Below the pieces are notes generated by a model. The model made no database searches. It saw only the letters and a program-made list of their open reading frames with translations, and was not told the origin of the DNA. Made by a program: the position numbers and the translations under genes. From Promethearchaeota archaeon (GTDB lineage Archaea; Asgardarchaeota; Lokiarchaeia; Sigyniarchaeales; Promethearchaeaceae), in assembly GCA_016933055.1 (NCBI GenBank), contig JAFGBS010000034.1, positions 90,001-122,000 of the forward strand: DNA of 32,000 nt. The letters are read 5' to 3'. Below are positions 27,317-32,000 of this stretch, one piece after another (position 1 is the stretch's first letter; each line of letters opens with the position of its first letter).

Positions 27317-27328
27317 AATCCTTATATA

Positions 27329-28669
27329 CTATTCAATTTTTTTTCGTCTTTCCTTATGGAGTTCTTTTAGTGTTTCTTGCATCACCTTAAATTTTTTTAA
27401 ATTAATCGGAAAAAATACGAAAACTATCGCAGTTATCCCGATAGTCACTACAGGCACGATGGTAATCAGTGATCTTAAACCATTTAAAGCACGGGGGAAC
27501 TGAATGATATTATCAGGATCAAATCCCGTAAAATATTTGACAATAATTAAAGTTAATCCTGTGAATACGATAGATAATCTGGCTACTAACGTTAAAATTC
27601 CATTATAGGAAGCCTCTCGTCGTTTTCCCGTTCGGAGTTCATCATAATCGATTGCTGTGCTGATTGCTGGCTCTGTCATAAGCATTCCGCTTGCTCCAAA
27701 GCCAGGGAAAATAGATATAACTAATAAATGGCTGAAATTAGTCCCAAAAAAAACCAACCAAATTGTGGATCCGAACAAAATTATCGCTAACATTAGACCA
27801 AATTTAGGTCCCCTTTTGGTGTAGATCCATCTCCAAAATGGAATGGCAACAATAATACCAATTGCGACTCCCGCTGCAGAAAGTCCTACCAAACCTTCTT
27901 CAAGTTCCAAAATAAAGGTCGCATATAATGGAAGAACAGTCATCGTTAGACCAAAAATATAATCGATTAACGCATAAGTAAGAGTAATAATTACAAATGG
28001 TACATTCGTGAATGTTGCTTTTAAGGCGGGAAAAAGAGATAAAGGCTCATCAATTTGATATTCTTCCCTTTCTTTGGATCCTAATAAAGAAAGTAACATC
28101 GTGATTGGAATAAGACTTCCCAGAATAAGCCCTGCATATCCCCATCCTAATGCATCTGCTATCATAGTCGGAATCAGTATTCCTATCATCGACGATAAGA
28201 ACGCAACAAAATCTTTAATTGCTACGACGGTTGCTCGTTCTCCTTCATCTTCATACATTTCGGTGTATAATGCTGACCAAGCCGTCATTGCAAATGTGAA
28301 CCCTAAATCAAATAGAAAAAGCATTATTAATCCATGGATAAAAATAAGATTGGTTGATTTCCATGGGACAATCCAAAGTAAAATAAATCCTATTGTTAGG
28401 GGAATTGTACCCACAATTATGTATGGAATCCTTCTACCCCAACGAGTTTTTTTCTTATCCATTAGATATCCTATCAATGGATCATTGATTGCATTCCAAA
28501 CTCCATAAATAATCAGCATAATCCCTGCTAATTCCAAATCTAATCCCAGTTTAGTTGTATAAAACAGAACAAAATAGCTTTGAATCATATTGTATGGAAG
28601 TGCGGAGGGTACTGCCCCAAGTGAATACAGCAGATATCCTTTATAGGAGTGAACTTTTTTTTCTTTCAT
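27329..28669 (-). CDS. MFS transporter, GPH (MelB) family, paralogue of 2610..4007
   Basis: WNAINDPLIGYLMDKKKTRWGRRIPY; AIDYDELRTGKRREASYNG. Confidence 0.9.
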   Translation of the reverse strand: MKEKKVHSYKGYLLYSLGAVPSALPYNMIQSYFVLFYTTKLGLDLELAGIMLIIYGVWNAINDPLIGYLMDKKKTRWGRRIPYIIVGTIPLTIGFILLWIVPWKSTNLIFIHGLIMLFLFDLGFTFAMTAWSALYTEMYEDEGERATVVAIKDFVAFLSSMIGILIPTMIADALGWGYAGLILGSLIPITMLLSLLGSKEREEYQIDEPLSLFPALKATFTNVPFVIITLTYALIDYIFGLTMTVLPLYATFILELEEGLVGLSAAGVAIGIIVAIPFWRWIYTKRGPKFGLMLAIILFGSTIWLVFFGTNFSHLLVISIFPGFGASGMLMTEPAISTAIDYDELRTGKRREASYNGILTLVARLSIVFTGLTLIIVKYFTGFDPDNIIQFPRALNGLRSLITIVPVVTIGITAIVFVFFPINLKKFKVMQETLKELHKERRKKIE

Positions 28670-28715
28670 CTTTCTAGAAACATGTGGATCCTAACTTAAG
28701 ATAAAAGTATTGAAT

Positions 28716-29462
28716 TTAATACGGACCATTAAAACATAACCAGTTGATTATATTGAAGAACAATTTGGAGTTATCCATGACGGAACTACCAAATTGTTCA
28801 TTTCTAGACATAAATAAGGTAGAACCTATAACAAGACAAATGCCCCTCCCGAATTGGTGTGTGGTTATTATTGGTACTCTGTCCACTCGCTCCTCTGAAT
28901 CGTCTACATAATATCGAAACTTAGTCCCAATAGACGTAGTTAATAGTGCTTTGGGAACATGCACTTTCGACGGTTCGAGAAAAGTGGTATCAGCCAGCAT
29001 TACTTGATTAATACCTTGAAATATTGGGTGAGAGGGAAAATGAGATAACACTAAATTTTCAGGTGATTTATAATGCAGTGCTTTGGATGGATGAAATAAC
29101 TCTCCCCACCAATATCGTTTAATACCCGTAATGTGCTTTAATGCGCGAATGGAACCATAATCCTCAATATCCGCATCTTCTTTCTTATATTCAAAATCCC
29201 CGCCTGAACTTGTTGAGAGAAACAATTTTCCCCCTTCGCGAATATATTTCTCCAACATATCAATTTCAGTTTTTAAGAATAAGTGGTCAATCTCATTTTC
29301 TGCAGGAAGAATCTCCCCGATTATTATTAAATCGTATTGATTCAAGTGAGCAAAGTGCATGCCGGGATATAAAAATTCAAAAGTAAAGTCAAAATCAAAA
29401 ATTCCACTCGGTATTTGAGTATATCTCTCATTATGGCTAAGGTCAAGTAAAATTCGAGCCAT
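28716..29462 (-). CDS. Stand-alone GATase-like GIFT-type (GldG/IFT52/DUF4350-like) domain protein
   Basis: ILLDLSHNE, YDLIIIG, EIDMLEKYIREGGKLFL, HPIFQGI, GRGICLVIGS...DNSKLFFNIINWL; no signal peptide or TM. Confidence 0.7.
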   Translation of the reverse strand: MARILLDLSHNERYTQIPSGIFDFDFTFEFLYPGMHFAHLNQYDLIIIGEILPAENEIDHLFLKTEIDMLEKYIREGGKLFLSTSSGGDFEYKKEDADIEDYGSIRALKHITGIKRYWWGELFHPSKALHYKSPENLVLSHFPSHPIFQGINQVMLADTTFLEPSKVHVPKALLTTSIGTKFRYYVDDSEERVDRVPIITTHQFGRGICLVIGSTLFMSRNEQFGSSVMDNSKLFFNIINWLCFNGPY

Positions 29463-29496
29463 TTATTAAAAAAAGCGGGAAATAGGTATATATTTT

Positions 29497-30231
29497 TTAT
29501 GTTTTATTTTCCGGAGAATTTAGGATTGTTAATGGATCTGTTTCTATACCAAAAAATTTTTGCTCGTAACTGTCTTTTCTAATAGCTACCACATCGATAC
29601 CATTACCAGTAAACACATCTCGAATTATCGATGATCGTACAGCAGCTGCTGCAATTTTTATACCTTCATCTACTGTTAAATTCTCATGCCATTGAGCTTC
29701 TAACAACCCAATTGCATATGGACTTCCTGAACCAATCGCTGTTATTTTTTCTGGTATTATCGATCCATAAGCACCCAACTGGAATAGAGCTGGACCTTCC
29801 GATCCATATCCACCTATAATTAACCCTACTTGGAAATAACCTTTATAATAGTTTAAAATTCGTGACAAATAAGTTGCTATTGCCTTTGCGGTCATGGGTT
29901 TCTCACTTGTCAGTTTAAATACATTGGATTCAGCCCGGAGTATTTCTATCAAATATTGCGCATCAGCCACTGATCCTGCAATTGTCATCCATACATGAGA
30001 TTGAATCAAATGAAGTTTTTCTGCATTTTTATTCGCAACAAACAATCCCATTGTTGCACGCTTATCTGCTGCGAGAACAACCCCATCTTTACAAACTAAC
30101 CCTACAGTAGTAGTACCAGTTTTTAGTTTTTTCTCGATCTCCATCTTTCGCTTTTCAATTAGTTCTTCATTGATGACTTGAACATCGATGTCAAATTGGG
30201 AACGATATGGTCGGAAATCTCCTTGTTTCAT
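29497..30231 (-). CDS. psmB: 20S proteasome beta subunit
   Basis: KTG|TTTVGLVCKDGVVLAADKRAT, GSVADAQ, GSGS, RDVFTGNG. ATG at 30231 preferred over the track start; a downstream ATG (MEIEKKLKTG) is also possible. Confidence 0.97.
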   Translation of the reverse strand: MKQGDFRPYRSQFDIDVQVINEELIEKRKMEIEKKLKTGTTTVGLVCKDGVVLAADKRATMGLFVANKNAEKLHLIQSHVWMTIAGSVADAQYLIEILRAESNVFKLTSEKPMTAKAIATYLSRILNYYKGYFQVGLIIGGYGSEGPALFQLGAYGSIIPEKITAIGSGSPYAIGLLEAQWHENLTVDEGIKIAAAAVRSSIIRDVFTGNGIDVVAIRKDSYEQKFFGIETDPLTILNSPENKT

Positions 30232-30356
30232 ACTTAACTGTAACAATATAATGGATAAAAATTTTGGTAAAATAGAAAATATCCACATACGCAATTTTTA
30301 GCATATGTCGTAATAAAACAATCCTTAACTATTATGGTGGATTTTATGATGTTAAA

Positions 30357-30818
30357 ATGGTTAAATCTGAGATTATCACCTTTGTTAGCAAGTCTTATGG
30401 GAAAACTGGATTTAAGTTTTTTTTCTATAAACCACGGACTGACATTTGTCCAGAGTCTTGCCGCTTTTATAATCCATGCATGAATAATCTCGTACCAAAT
30501 ACCATTTATAACATAATCTCCACAACTGATATCGAGCATAAATGTCCCTATGATTATCATACAGAGCCCATGCGATTGGTAAAGGTAAAAGAAAGCGAAA
30601 TTCTAATTTTGATTGAATCTCGACATGCATACTTAGGAGCTCAAATTGAATATCAACCATTGGATTGCGATTTCCCCGATTGTCCTTATTCTAAGTATTG
30701 TTCCCCAGTGGAGGGTCTAGCTCCGGGTACGAAGGTAAAGATAAGAGAAATTGTGCAAAAGATCAAAGATCAAAAATGCCCGAATAGTTTGACTTTGGTA
30801 AAAATAGAAAAAGTGTAA
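30357..30818 (+). CDS. UPF0179 family Cys-rich archaeal protein
   Basis: IITFV...GFKFFF...CPESCRFYNPCMNNLVPNTIYNI...HKCP.H..PMRLVKV...CDFPDCPYSKYCSP.EGL.PGTKVKI. Confidence 0.82.
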   Translation: MVKSEIITFVSKSYGKTGFKFFFYKPRTDICPESCRFYNPCMNNLVPNTIYNIISTTDIEHKCPYDYHTEPMRLVKVKESEILILIESRHAYLGAQIEYQPLDCDFPDCPYSKYCSPVEGLAPGTKVKIREIVQKIKDQKCPNSLTLVKIEKV

Positions 30819-30829
30819 AATAATTAGTT

Positions 30830-31933
30830 TTATGTAGATGCACGACTTTTCGTGAATCTTGCGCGATATTCATCCTTAAGGGTATCGATATACTCCAAAG
30901 CAGCTTGTAAACTGATTGCTTTTAATGAATATTGTTCTCGAATGAGATTTAATGCGTATTCTGGAAAAATTTTTTCGATTTGGACATTCGATTGCAATGC
31001 ATAATATTCATTTCCGGCTTCATCCCGTAAAACAACGATCATCTGAACATCCCATAAATTCTTGAGTACTGCATCTATATCATTGACCCCTTTTTTTTGT
31101 AGTTTCTCCAGATCATCCCGTGTGACGATTGCTTGTCGCAATAGCTTTAAAGTCTCATATGTGGCAGGATCGAGTAAAGTATTCAACAGTTTCAAATTAT
31201 CTTCTTCCGTATTTTCATATTCACGGAAAAAGGATGTTACTTCGCTCTTGTAATCTTCAGCTAATTTCTGCGGTAATCCACGACTGACAGATTCACGAAT
31301 TAACTCTGTAGGAGGGACACGCGTGATGAAAATATCATTTATTAAGTAGAGCATTTCACTGGGGCTTCCTTTTACAGAACGTGTCTTAATAATTGAATCT
31401 TTAATCAAACTCTGCATCAACCCTTCTACGTCAGCGAATCCATCTCGATATTGATCCTTCAACCACACGGTAACTTCGGATTTCAATAGAGACCCTTCTT
31501 CTTGTAAGCGTTTAATCACCATTCTTCTTGCTTTATCTGTGTACAACATTGCAGTTTTGAGTTCTTCTGTAAGCTTTGGATACACGGACAATCTTTGAAA
31601 AATACTCGGTATTAATAATCGGTAGGCGTCATTTTCTAAATTTTGAATAACTAATCGTGTGGCGTCACTTAATCCGTCCTCAAACACCTCTGGATCCTCA
31701 TCTAGTGTCAATGCTAGAATCATATACACTCCAATATCTGGTCCAGTATAATAGGATACTAAATTCATAGAACCGACATTGAGAGAAATTAACCCGGATT
31801 CTCCAGAGTATTCATGAGTTGAATAGATTTGCATTAAGGTTTTATTTGTTACATCGATAGATTCAGGATATTTTGCAAGAATCGACACACCAAGCCGTTC
31901 GTCCCATTTCATTAGTACTAAACCTGTAGGCAT
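30830..31933 (-). CDS. Longin/uDENN-like N-terminal domain plus two winged-helix domains (NPRL2-like architecture)
   Basis: LVLMKWDERLGVSILAKYPE N-terminal signature; two similar helix-strand-helix-helix-hairpin blocks (about aa 133-200 and 255-320); GGAGGAGGT RBS upstream. Confidence 0.6.
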   Translation of the reverse strand: MPTGLVLMKWDERLGVSILAKYPESIDVTNKTLMQIYSTHEYSGESGLISLNVGSMNLVSYYTGPDIGVYMILALTLDEDPEVFEDGLSDATRLVIQNLENDAYRLLIPSIFQRLSVYPKLTEELKTAMLYTDKARRMVIKRLQEEGSLLKSEVTVWLKDQYRDGFADVEGLMQSLIKDSIIKTRSVKGSPSEMLYLINDIFITRVPPTELIRESVSRGLPQKLAEDYKSEVTSFFREYENTEEDNLKLLNTLLDPATYETLKLLRQAIVTRDDLEKLQKKGVNDIDAVLKNLWDVQMIVVLRDEAGNEYYALQSNVQIEKIFPEYALNLIREQYSLKAISLQAALEYIDTLKDEYRARFTKSRAST

Positions 31934-31934
31934 A

Positions 31935-32000
31935 TTACATTACCTCCTCCGATGGCTGCTTTTCAGCGGGTTCTTTTGATTTTGTACCAATTGCCTTTCG
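31935..32000 (-). CDS. C-terminal end of an upstream co-oriented gene (partial)
   Basis: Open frame RKAIGTKSKEPAEKQPSEEVM* ending TAA at 31937-31935, 1 bp before the next ATG; too short to identify. Confidence 0.45.
   Translation of the reverse strand, partial: RKAIGTKSKEPAEKQPSEEVM

Noticed and set aside
1140-30660. About 30 short ORFs in the track lying inside or antisense to longer genes (e.g. 2858..3121, 5757..6044, 11714..12001, 24519..24836, 28074..28508)
   Set aside because: They are shadows of well-supported genes on the other strand or frame, with no motifs of their own.
1-32000. CRISPR arrays, IS elements, integrases, rRNA or tRNA genes
   Set aside because: No regularly spaced repeats, transposase or integrase motifs, terminal inverted repeats or cloverleaf structures were seen on reading; a tRNAscan/Infernal run would be needed to exclude small RNAs formally.

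Overview
Archaeal chromosomal window: AT-rich, gene-dense, with no tRNA/rRNA, CRISPR array or mobile element that I can support. The gene set (aCPSF1, proteasome beta, Sec11, UPF0179, SMS-type SufCB, IorAB, two GPH-family MFS paralogues, and a longin/uDENN-like plus winged-helix protein) points by inference to an Asgard archaeon, probably Lokiarchaeia/Promethearchaeia. Most genes are housekeeping. Best candidate for an undescribed system: a divergent pair at 4741-6426, an ArsR-type regulator and a bactofilin-like beta-helix/zinc-ribbon protein. They carry the same SHOCT-like motif in identical register (F-x2-G-x-I-x4-Y-x2-[LV]-x3-Y-x3-L) and flank TGCAA-core operator-like sites, suggesting a filament-tethered transcriptional switch. 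Other leads: a type-II glutaminyl-cyclase-like enzyme near Sec11 and a secreted protein predicted to start with Gln after cleavage (possible archaeal Q-rule); a three-gene cluster of an alpha/alpha-toroid protein, an ectodomain-MOP flippase fusion and a GH63/GH37-like protein lacking its catalytic Asp; an NPRL2-like longin plus two winged-helix protein; a stand-alone cytoplasmic IFT52-like GIFT domain behind psmB; and a hairpin in the aCPSF1 leader. All family calls come from motif recognition by eye; no searches were run.
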